The translations under genes and the position numbers were made by a program. From the NCBI GenBank assembly GCA_046598045.1, contig JBKJJJ010000108.1:1-32648 (forward strand): a DNA stretch of 32,648 nucleotides. Reading direction: 5' to 3'. The stretch is from Candidatus Eiseniibacteriota bacterium. GTDB lineage: Bacteria; Eisenbacteria; RBG-16-71-46; DASYSL01. The stretch's first letter is position 1. Every line of letters begins with the position of its first letter. The notes under the pieces were generated by a model. It worked only from the letters and a program-made list of their open reading frames with translations. It had not been told where the DNA came from and ran no database searches. Shown here one piece after another: positions 1-7,849 of this stretch.

Positions 1-1
1 G

Positions 2-307
2 GCGACGCTCAACTTCTGCTGGAGCGTGGATGACTTTTTCGGGGACGGGATCAATCCGGCGGGCTTGTACGTCAATGGAAACCCGATCCCGGCCGCGTCG
101 GGCGGCAGCTATGCCACCGAGAGTTCGCTCAGCGGTATCGACGTGACCCCGTATGTCCACTGCGGGGATAACACGCTCTATTTCTACGATCGCGATGCGG
201 CGTGCGCGGTCTCGGGGCTGAACTTCAGCGCGCGGCTCGACATGCACGAGTGCATCACCCCGGCGCCCGCCCCGAGCTGGGGTAGCGTGAAGGCGCTGTA
301 CCGCTAA
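2..307 (+). CDS. 5'-truncated, probably secreted protein with C-terminal SWGSVKALYR tail
   Basis: Frame is open from position 2 (ATLNFCWSVDDFFGDG...) to TAA at 305-307. Beta-rich sequence ends in TPAPAPSWGSVKALYR, matching the tail of CDS 7850-8764. Confidence 0.8.
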   Translation, partial: ATLNFCWSVDDFFGDGINPAGLYVNGNPIPAASGGSYATESSLSGIDVTPYVHCGDNTLYFYDRDAACAVSGLNFSARLDMHECITPAPAPSWGSVKALYR

Positions 308-340
308 CCCGGCTTGGCCGGTGGTCAGGTTTTGTCGACC

Positions 341-371
341 GCCGCCCCCGGCAATGGGGGCGGTTTTCGTT
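341..371 (+). terminator. Intrinsic terminator
   Basis: Stem CCGCCCCC (342-349) / GGGGGCGG (356-363), loop GGCAAT, followed by TTTTCGTT, about 34 nt after the stop of the first CDS. Confidence 0.75.
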
Positions 372-485
372 CGGGGTCCACCGGTTCCGCACTCTGGAGT
401 CTCCCATGCGTGTGATGCGCTTATCCCTTGTCGCTCTCCTCCTCCGGCTCGCCACCCCGCCCGCCGGCAGCACCCCGATCGGCCA

Positions 486-3400
486 TTGAAGGGTTCCCGC
501 GGGCGCGTCGCATTCGTCGCGGCGCTCGCGCTCGTCCTCGCGACCTCCGCTGCGGCGGTTCCGCCACGGCTCGATTCCCTGCGAAGCACGATCGGTTTTC
601 CGCTCGAGGGGATGCACGTTTCCGCCGGCGCGCCGATCGTCGTGAAAGGATCGGCCACAGCGCTGGGCGTGGTTGCGCGGGTCGAGGTCTCCACCGATGG
701 CGGCACGACGTGGTCTCCGGCCACCGGCCGCGACGCCTGGACCAGGGTGTGGACGCCGGCGACTCCGGGCATTGCGCGGATCCGCTCGCGGGTCACCTCG
801 GAAGACGGGATCGTGGAGGCGCCGGGGGCCGGTGTCGCGGTGACCGTGACCGCCGCCGATCCGCCCCGTTGTCCCTGCACGATCTGGCCCCCCGGGACCG
901 TCCCCAAGATTACCGACGACGGCGCCTCGACCCCGGTCGAAGTGGGCGTGCGCTTTCGATCGGATATCGACGGTTTCGTCTCGGGCGTGCGCTTCTACAA
1001 GACGCAACCTTTCGATGGGCCGCAGGTGGCGAACCTCTGGAGCACCGATGGGACGCTGCTCGCGACGGCGAACTTTGCGGGAGAGCCGACCACCGGCTGG
1101 CACGACGTTGTGTTCGCCGCGCCGGTTCCGGTCGCGGCCGGCACGCCATACGTCGCCTCGGTGTTCATGCCGATGTCGCACTACGCGCTCGATCCGAGGT
1201 ACTTCTTCCCGGCCGGCTTCGACCGTCCGCCGCTCCACGCCCCGGGCAACCAGGTGGGCGCCGGCAACGGCGTCTACTCCTACGGCACGGTGAGCAGCTT
1301 CCCCGATTCCACGTTCAACGAGAGCAACTACTGGATCGACGTGCGCTTCGTCACCGCGAACGACAACGACATGACGCGCCCGCACGTGACGGACGTCGAG
1401 CCCGCGAACGGGGCGACGGGCGTGGCCGCCCCGTTCGCCGCGCGGGTCTGGTTCAGCGAGCCCCTCGACCCGTCGAGCGTGAGGGATTCCACGGCCTGGT
1501 TGCGCGGTCCCTCCGGAGGTCCGGTTCCCGCAACTCTCGAATATGCGCCGCTCGATCACCGGCTGACGATCATCCCGCGCCTGCCGCACTTCGGGACGGC
1601 GTATACGGTGCGGCTGACGACCGGGCTCAGGGACCTCGCCGGCAACGCCCTCCCCGCGGACCTGGAGTGGACGTTCACCACCGCAACCGCCCCGGTCCCT
1701 CCGGCGGACGAGGGGCCCGGCGGGCCGGTCCTCGTGATCACCTCGAGCGCGAATCCGTTCACGCGCTACTACGGCGAGATCCTGCGCGCGGAGGGGCTGA
1801 ACCTGTTCACCATGCGGGATCTCGCGCAGCTCGATCCGGTCGGGCTTTCCGCGTTCGACGTTGCGATCCTGGGAGAGATGCCGGTCGATCCGGTGGCGGC
1901 CCGCATGCTCGCAGACTGGGTCCAGGCCGGAGGGAACCTCATCGCGATGCGGCCCGATCCCCGTCTTGCCGGCCTGGTCGGCCTCACGGGGCCCGCGGGA
2001 ACCCTCGCGGATCGCTACCTGAAGGTCGAGACGGGGACCGCCGCGGGAAAGGGGATCGTGGGATCGACGATCCAGTTTCACGGCGCTGCCGATCTGTACG
2101 GCCTCGACCCCGCGAGCGGCGCGCAGGCGATCGCCTGGCTGTATTCCGGATCGAACGCGCCCACAGCCCGCCCGGCGGTGACGCTCCGGAGCGTGGGCGC
2201 CAACGGGGGCGAGGTCGTCGCGTTCACCTACGATCTGGCGCGCTCGGTCGTGTACACGCGCCAGGGCAACCCGGCGTGGGTCGGGCAGGACCGTGACGGC
2301 ATCTCGCCCTGGCGCGCGGAGGACCTGTTCTGGGGGCCCGCGGACTTCGACCCGCAGCCCGACTGGGTCGACCTCGCGAAGATCGCGATCCCGCAGGCGG
2401 ACGAGCAGCAGCGCCTGCTGGCGAACCTTGTCCTCACGATGGAACTCGATCACGCGCCGCTCCCGCGCTTCTGGTACTTCCCGCGCGGGGCGAAGGCGGT
2501 GATCGTCATGACCGGCGACAATCACGGCTCGTTCGGCATGGCGCCGCGCTTCGACACGCTCATGGCGCAGAGCGATTCGGGTTGCTCGGCCGAGGACTGG
2601 GAGTGCGTGCGCGCGACGGGGTACCTGTACTCGGGGCCACCGTTCACCGACGCGCAGGCGCAGTTCTACACGCAGCATGGCTTCGACGTCGCGGTGCACC
2701 TCACCACCGCCTGCGTGAACGTCCCGGCCTCGACGATGGCCACAGAGTTCGACCAGCAGCTCGCCAAGTTCGCGACGACCTACCCCGGCGTGCCGCCACC
2801 CTCGAGCAATCGCACGCACTGCATCGCGTGGCTCGGTTACGCCGACCCGGCTGAGATGGAGGCCGCGCGAGGGATCCGCCTGGACACGAACTACTATTAC
2901 TTTCCGCCCGCGTTCGTGCGCAACACGCCGGGGCTGTTCACCGGATCGGGCATACCCATGCGCCTCGCGCGCGCGGATGGCTCGGTCATCGACTGCTACC
3001 AGGCGACGACGCAGTTCACGGACGACGGGGGCCAGTCGATCCCGCTCAATCTCGACGTCGTGCTTGATCACGCGCTCGGGGCGGAGGGCTGGTACGGCGC
3101 GTTCACCTGCAACGTGCACTTCGACATGAATCCCAACCACGTCTCCGACGCGATCATCGCGTCGGCGCGAACGCGCGGCGTTCCGGTCGTGTCTGCCCGG
3201 CAAATGCTGACCTGGCTGGATGGCCGCAATCGTTCCTCGTTCAAGAATCTCGCATTCGCGGGGCGCGTCCTCGGGTTCGACGTCGAGCAGGCCGCGGGTG
3301 CGCGCAACCTACAGGCGCTGCTGCCGTTCGTCGTCGCCGGGGACACGCTCGCGACCGTCGAGCGCGATGCCGCACCGGTCGCGTTCACGGTCGAGACCGT

Positions 3401-3770
3401 CAAGGGCCGGGCCTGTGCCCGCTTCGACGCGAGCTCCGGGCGCTATCAGGCGACCTATCACGACCACCTCGTCTCGGCCGACACGCCGATCTCCGGATTG
3501 GAGTTTGGCCGCGTGACTCCGAACCCGGCGCTCTCCGAGGTGCAGCTTTCGTTCGCGCTGCCTGGTCCGGGGCCGGTGAGCCTCGACGTCTACGGTGTGC
3601 GCGGTAACTTTGTGCGCAACCTGTGGCGTGGTCCATCGCGCGGCGGCGTGGAGACGGTCACGTGGGATCGCCGCGACCACGCGGGCCGGCGGGCGCCGGC
3701 GGGGGTCTACCTGGCGCGGCTGCACGCCGGCAGGAGGACCGCCACGCGGCGGATCGTGCTCCTGCCGTGA
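486..3770 (+). CDS. Large secreted modular protein: Ig-like, DUF4082, Big_5 (SbsA Ig), putative NodB/deacetylase-like domain, C-terminal FlgD Ig
   Basis: Signal peptide follows the in-frame TTG at 486 (LKGSRGRVAFVAALALVLATSAAA); the ORF-track start at 321 runs through the terminator. Motifs: VEVSTDGGTTW (Ig); CPCTIW..VEVGVRFRSD..GVRFYK..NYWIDVRF (DUF4082); PANGATGV..FSEPLD..LRDLAGN (Big_5); TGDNH..SNRTH..DTNYY; PNP..LDVYGVRG..WDRRD..GVYLARL (FlgD Ig). Start codon uncertain. Confidence 0.8.
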   Translation: MKGSRGRVAFVAALALVLATSAAAVPPRLDSLRSTIGFPLEGMHVSAGAPIVVKGSATALGVVARVEVSTDGGTTWSPATGRDAWTRVWTPATPGIARIRSRVTSEDGIVEAPGAGVAVTVTAADPPRCPCTIWPPGTVPKITDDGASTPVEVGVRFRSDIDGFVSGVRFYKTQPFDGPQVANLWSTDGTLLATANFAGEPTTGWHDVVFAAPVPVAAGTPYVASVFMPMSHYALDPRYFFPAGFDRPPLHAPGNQVGAGNGVYSYGTVSSFPDSTFNESNYWIDVRFVTANDNDMTRPHVTDVEPANGATGVAAPFAARVWFSEPLDPSSVRDSTAWLRGPSGGPVPATLEYAPLDHRLTIIPRLPHFGTAYTVRLTTGLRDLAGNALPADLEWTFTTATAPVPPADEGPGGPVLVITSSANPFTRYYGEILRAEGLNLFTMRDLAQLDPVGLSAFDVAILGEMPVDPVAARMLADWVQAGGNLIAMRPDPRLAGLVGLTGPAGTLADRYLKVETGTAAGKGIVGSTIQFHGAADLYGLDPASGAQAIAWLYSGSNAPTARPAVTLRSVGANGGEVVAFTYDLARSVVYTRQGNPAWVGQDRDGISPWRAEDLFWGPADFDPQPDWVDLAKIAIPQADEQQRLLANLVLTMELDHAPLPRFWYFPRGAKAVIVMTGDNHGSFGMAPRFDTLMAQSDSGCSAEDWECVRATGYLYSGPPFTDAQAQFYTQHGFDVAVHLTTACVNVPASTMATEFDQQLAKFATTYPGVPPPSSNRTHCIAWLGYADPAEMEAARGIRLDTNYYYFPPAFVRNTPGLFTGSGIPMRLARADGSVIDCYQATTQFTDDGGQSIPLNLDVVLDHALGAEGWYGAFTCNVHFDMNPNHVSDAIIASARTRGVPVVSARQMLTWLDGRNRSSFKNLAFAGRVLGFDVEQAAGARNLQALLPFVVAGDTLATVERDAAPVAFTVETVKGRACARFDASSGRYQATYHDHLVSADTPISGLEFGRVTPNPALSEVQLSFALPGPGPVSLDVYGVRGNFVRNLWRGPSRGGVETVTWDRRDHAGRRAPAGVYLARLHAGRRTATRRIVLLP

Positions 3771-3792
3771 GCGCGCCGATCGGCCCCGTCGC

Positions 3793-4089
3793 CTAACCGC
3801 CCGCGATCGCGCCGATGATCAGGTAGGGCTCCGTGCCGTCGACCACCGCCTGGGGAAGCGGCGCGTCGGGCGACTCGTTCGAGAGATCCTCCTCGCACGC
3901 GAAGAACCTCAGGAACGGACGACGGTACTGCGTCTCGTAGTCGCGGATCGTGCCCTTGAGCATCGGGTACGCGGCCTCGAGCGCGTCGATCACCGCGCGT
4001 TGCGTGACCGGGGCGGCGACGTCGAGCGTCACCTCCCGGCCCACGCGCGCGAGGTTTCTCAAGTGGAAAGGAAGGGCGACGCGGATCAC
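3793..4089 (-). CDS. MoaD/ThiS family ubiquitin-like protein
   Basis: 98 aa, [14 protein letters not shown]...IIGAIAGG, with C-terminal GG. GTG start at 4089 overlaps the TGA of the upstream gene (GTGA). Confidence 0.9.
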   Translation of the reverse strand: MIRVALPFHLRNLARVGREVTLDVAAPVTQRAVIDALEAAYPMLKGTIRDYETQYRRPFLRFFACEEDLSNESPDAPLPQAVVDGTEPYLIIGAIAGG

Positions 4090-5204
4090 GGGAGCGTCTG
4101 GACCTCGACCGACAGCACGCCCGGCAGGTTGCTCACGATCGGCGCCCAGTGGTCGCCGCCGTCCGGCGACGCATAGACCTGCCCGCCGGTCGTGCCGAAG
4201 TAGATGCCGCACTGGTCGAGCGTGTCGACCGCCATCGCGTCGCGCAGCACGTTGACGTAGCAGTTCTCCTGCGGCAGGCCGTTGGTCAGCGGCTCCCACT
4301 CGTTGCCGCCGACCTTGCTGCGGTAGACACGCAGCTTGCCCTCGGGCGGGAAGTGTTCGGAGTCGCTCTTGATCGGCACGACGTACACGGTCTGCGGCTC
4401 GTTCGCGTTGACGTCAATCACGAAGCCGAAGTCGGTCGGCAGGTTGCCGCCCACGTCCTGCCACAGTTCGCCCGCGTCGTCGCTGCGCAACACGTCCCAG
4501 TGTTTCTGCATGTAGAGCACCTCGGGCCGCGCGGGATGCATCGCGATGCGGTGCACGCAGTGGCCGACCTCGGACTTGGGATCGGGCAGCTCCATCGCAG
4601 ACTTGAGCCCCTTCGTGATCACCTTCCAGGTCTTGCCCTCGTCGTCGCTGCGGAACACGCCCGCGGCCGAGATCGCGACGTACATGCGCTGGTGGTTCGT
4701 CGGGTCGATCAGGATCGTGTGCAGGCACATGCCGCCCGCGCCCGGCTGCCACTTCTCGCCGGTGCCCTGGCCGCGCATGCCGGTCATTTCCTGCCAGGAC
4801 TTGCCCGCGTCGGTCGACTTGAACAGCGCCGCGTCCTCGATGCCCGCGTAGACGACGTCGGCGTCGCTGAGCGAGGGCTCGACGTGCCACACGCGCTTGA
4901 ACGCCCAGGGCTTCGGCGTGCCGTCGTAGAACAGGTGCGTGCCGACCTCGCCCTCGTACTTGAACTCGTTGCCGATCGGCTCCCACGTCTTGCCGCCGTC
5001 GTCCGAGCGCTGCATGACCTGCCCGAACCATCCGCTCGTCTGTGAGGCGTAGATCCTCTGCGGATTCACCGGCGAGCCCTTGACGTGGTAGATCTCCCAG
5101 CCTGCGAAGAATGGCCCTGCCACGTCCCACTTCGCGCGCTTGCCGTCCGACGTGAGGACGAACGCACCCTTCTTGGTGCCGACCAGGACACGGACTGTGC
5201 TCAT
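4086..5204 (-). CDS. BNR/Asp-box beta-propeller protein (sialidase/YCF48-like), no signal peptide
   Basis: Repeated Asp-boxes [52 protein letters not shown] upstream of ATG 5204. Confidence 0.9.
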   Translation of the reverse strand: MSTVRVLVGTKKGAFVLTSDGKRAKWDVAGPFFAGWEIYHVKGSPVNPQRIYASQTSGWFGQVMQRSDDGGKTWEPIGNEFKYEGEVGTHLFYDGTPKPWAFKRVWHVEPSLSDADVVYAGIEDAALFKSTDAGKSWQEMTGMRGQGTGEKWQPGAGGMCLHTILIDPTNHQRMYVAISAAGVFRSDDEGKTWKVITKGLKSAMELPDPKSEVGHCVHRIAMHPARPEVLYMQKHWDVLRSDDAGELWQDVGGNLPTDFGFVIDVNANEPQTVYVVPIKSDSEHFPPEGKLRVYRSKVGGNEWEPLTNGLPQENCYVNVLRDAMAVDTLDQCGIYFGTTGGQVYASPDGGDHWAPIVSNLPGVLSVEVQTLP

Positions 5205-5498
5205 GCTTGGTTTCCTCTCGAATGGTCTAGAGCCGTGCGTCGGGTTGGGGCGTTCGATGCGGCGTGAAGGTGAGCGTGATTGGGAGGGTTGTCAAGCCGG
5301 GGGCGAGGACGTGTTCACTTGGGGGTCGTACAAAGCGTACCCTTCGTACGCCCCTGGATTTCGCAAGGCCGCGCACCCGCCTTGACAACTCGTGTACGAC
5401 GCGCTCCATGAGTACCGTCACGCCATGGCGCGCAAGGGTAAGCGCGAGCGTGCGGCCGGGAGGACTCCTCCGGCATCAGCCTGCTTGTGGGGCTCGGA

Positions 5499-5621
5499 TC
5501 AACCGCCTCTTCGCCTTGCGAGAACCCAGGCCAACAAGATCAGGATTGCAGCCCCTCCGATCCACCACAGGTACATCTCTCCGCTGTGCCCATAACCGTG
5601 CACTTGGCCGGCGCCATTCAT
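5499..5621 (-). CDS. Putative 40-aa single-pass membrane peptide
   Basis: Translated by hand: MNGAGQVHGYGHSGEMYLWWIGGAAILILLAWVLARRRGG*. One TM helix followed by RRR; starts 15 nt after the stop of the cytochrome-porin gene. Below the ORF-track cutoff. Confidence 0.55.
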   Translation of the reverse strand: MNGAGQVHGYGHSGEMYLWWIGGAAILILLAWVLARRRGG

Positions 5622-5636
5622 GTCATCGCCCCGCTT

Positions 5637-6860
5637 TCAGAAAGCCCACATGATCTCCGCCATGGCGCTCCGATCCCGCGCGCTGCCCGTGTTCTTCAGG
5701 AACTGGGACTCGAGGGTCAGTCGCACCTGGGTCTGTGCCCAGAACGACACGCCGAGGGTCGGACCATTCGTGGATTCGTCGACGCTCAGGGGAAGCTCCC
5801 GGCGTGCGTAGTCATAACGTCCGTATGCCGCCCATTGATCGGCGACGAGGAACTCCCCGAGCAGAAAGCCGCCCTTGTTGATCAGAGTTGGGTCTCCCGC
5901 GGGACGGTCCCTCCCCCAGAGCAAGCCCAGAACTCCTTTCGTCCTGGGGGCGTAGACGTTCGCGAACACGGCTACTCGTTCGTAGTCGATCGAGACCTGA
6001 CCGGGCGAGGACAAAATCTCCCCACGGTAGCCGAAGGCGCTGATCGCGTTGCCCTGCTCGCTCAAGACGCACTCCGCGCTCGCATAGAGATCGGTGTGGC
6101 TGTTCCCCCCGAGCCCCTCCAACTGGGGCTGGCCCACACCGACATAGGCGTTCCAATGAGGCAGGTTCACCACCCCGAGTTCCACGCCGCGTACGAGCGT
6201 CGCGGGCGCCCAGGGATTCTCGGCACTCGAGGGAGCCTCGAGCATCACCGGCGCCGACAGCGGCATCGCCGCACCACCACCATTGAACAGGATTGCCATG
6301 GGGAGGATCTGGCCGAAGCGGACCGAGACGAAGCGCGGGTTCCATGACGAGTTGAACTGGCCGTAGGCCTGCTCGACGTCCACGCCCCCGCTTTCGGTAT
6401 TGAACGCGAGGTTGGCGATTCCGGACCAGCGCGGGTCGAGCGGACCACCGACCCACGCGTCGACAACGCCCGAGCGAAATCCGAGTTTCGCGTGGCGGCG
6501 GGCCTCGATCATGTGGTGCCCCATCACCGTAAAGTAGTTCGCCCACTCCAGGGGCAGCGGCTCACCGAGGTCGCGGGTCGTCGAAGCGACCGGCGGCTTC
6601 GCCATATCTCCGTTTCCCTTGCCCATGTCCATCCCCGTGCCCATGCCCCCACGTTCCTCGCGCAGGCCGCGCCGAATGTAGGCATGCCCGTCCTCGTTCA
6701 ACTCAGGAAGACGGAAGTGACACATCTGGCACTTGGCCGCGTCGCGCCGGGCGAATGCGGGGAGCGCGAGGGAATTGCGGGCTTGTAAGACGGAGAGGAG
6801 CAGGACGAGGAGCAGGGCACATGCGAGCGTCGGATTCCACTTTGCGGACTTGAATTGCAT
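5637..6860 (-). CDS. Cyc2-like monoheme cytochrome c / outer-membrane beta-barrel fusion
   Basis: ATG 6860 with GGGAGG RBS. Signal peptide, then LPAFARRDAAKCQMCHFRLPELN (Cyc2-type PxFAR..CxxCH...PxL; heme motif at 6717-6731). Followed by amphipathic beta-strands and a terminal Phe (EIMWAF). Confidence 0.8.
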   Translation of the reverse strand: MQFKSAKWNPTLACALLLVLLLSVLQARNSLALPAFARRDAAKCQMCHFRLPELNEDGHAYIRRGLREERGGMGTGMDMGKGNGDMAKPPVASTTRDLGEPLPLEWANYFTVMGHHMIEARRHAKLGFRSGVVDAWVGGPLDPRWSGIANLAFNTESGGVDVEQAYGQFNSSWNPRFVSVRFGQILPMAILFNGGGAAMPLSAPVMLEAPSSAENPWAPATLVRGVELGVVNLPHWNAYVGVGQPQLEGLGGNSHTDLYASAECVLSEQGNAISAFGYRGEILSSPGQVSIDYERVAVFANVYAPRTKGVLGLLWGRDRPAGDPTLINKGGFLLGEFLVADQWAAYGRYDYARRELPLSVDESTNGPTLGVSFWAQTQVRLTLESQFLKNTGSARDRSAMAEIMWAF

Positions 6861-6987
6861 GGTGAACCTCCCGGCGGGAGCATAGTCGAGGACTTCAGCG
6901 TGGGGCGCAGATTTGTCGGCGGTGGCGATGAGCCAATACCTGACACCATGGCTTGTCGGGAGTGCTTTCGGTGATCGTGCCTCGCCG

Positions 6988-7603
6988 TTAGTACTCTGCG
7001 CCGGACGGACCGCAGCTGCAATCGAGGCAGCCGTGCTCGGCGGACGTGCCACAGGTGCGCTCGATCTGGCCGCGCAGAGCCTCGCGCGCGCGGAAGAGCC
7101 GCACCGACGCGTTATTCGCGCTGATCCCGCTCGCTTCGGCGAACGCCTTGACGCTCGCGCCGCCCAGGTCTACGTGGCGAGGGCCTCGGCGAAGTCGGGC
7201 TTGAGCATATTGAGCAACGCGCGTTGCTCGGCGCCCCGCTTGCGCCAGTGATCGACGATCGCGTGCGCAGCGAGCGATAGATCCACGCGATCACCGATTC
7301 CTCGTCGCGCAATTGCGCGGCGCGCGGCAACCCGCGCACGAATGCGTCCTGCAGGATGTCCTCGGCGACTTCGCGCGGGCCGACGCGCTTCTCGTGGAAC
7401 GCGAGAATCCTGCGGTGGTTCGCCACCAGCACGGCGACCACTTCGGGTGTTGTCGGCAGCATGGGGGTCGAATCGTTCGGATCGAGCCTCGGGTCTCCGG
7501 GATGGGGCCCTATGGGGCCGGGCTCCAGATTAGAGGAGCCCGGTCCCTCGGGAACGTGGCTACGCGCAGCGGCTGGTCTGGGGGTCGCGTTGGGCTTGTT
7601 CAT
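6988..7603 (-). pseudogene. Disrupted CorE-like ECF sigma factor with C-terminal Cys-rich domain
   Basis: ATG 7603 with GAGGAG RBS. Sigma2 region AEDILQDAFVR..WIYRSLR, 1-nt deletion at ~7264, then AIVDHWRKRGAEQRALLNMLKPDFAEAL. Second 1-nt deletion at ~7179, then VDLGGASVKAFAEASGISANNASVRLFRAREALR (sigma4) and TCGTSAEHGCLDCSCG..Y* (TAA 6988-6990). The sigma2-sigma4 linker looks deleted. Confidence 0.85.
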
Positions 7604-7728
7604 GGCAATCTCCTCGGGTCGGGCGCTCGGCCGATGCCGCCGGTTTAGCGGGTTGGAATCGCGCTTCCAACCTTGCAGACGGAGGAGGTGTGCGAATCCT
7701 CTACACATCGAAACATTCGATTAGAACA

Positions 7729-7758
7729 TTGACGAGCCTTGTTTGAGGAGCGTAACCT
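7729..7758 (+). promoter_or_regulatory. Putative sigma70 promoter for CDS 7850
   Basis: TTGACG (7729-7734), 18-nt spacer, TAACCT (7753-7758) in an AT-richer intergenic stretch. Confidence 0.4.
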
Positions 7759-7849
7759 CTTTGCACTGCGCGCCCCCGATGCCCCCGCACCGCGCGAGTC
7801 CAGGCAACAGGCCTGCTCGCCGCCCTCGAATCGGGCAGAAGGAGATTCC

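Noticed and set aside
321..485. ORF-track N-terminal extension of the DUF4082 protein
   Set aside because: It runs through the terminator at 341-371 and precedes the signal peptide. Extensions of ORFs 5637-7052, 15511-16488, 16349-17428, 22210-23679, 23097-24941, 25900-29673 and 29103-30968 were trimmed likewise to RBS- or overlap-supported starts.
255..3203. 982-aa minus-strand ORF, and similar long ORFs at 19115-22282, 26599-29319, 11909-13393 and 8899-10188
   Set aside because: Antisense shadows of well-supported genes in high-GC DNA; Arg/Gly-rich with no recognisable motifs.
5321..5360. GGGGTCGT resembling the start of a Tn21/Tn3-family terminal inverted repeat
   Set aside because: Only 8 nt match, with no 38-bp IR ending in TAAG, no partner end and no transposase in the window.
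5382..5418. TTGACA with nearby dyad as a MerR-type promoter
   Set aside because: No acceptable -10 element at 17-19 nt spacing and no credible plus-strand gene downstream.
5455..5474. Hairpin GCCGGGAGGACTCCTCCGGC as a terminator
   Set aside because: Bulged stem with a 3-nt loop and no U-tract on either strand.
7112..7708. 198-aa ORF as an intact sigma factor
   Set aside because: Sigma similarity stops at WIYRSLR and continues in other frames, so it is called as a pseudogene.
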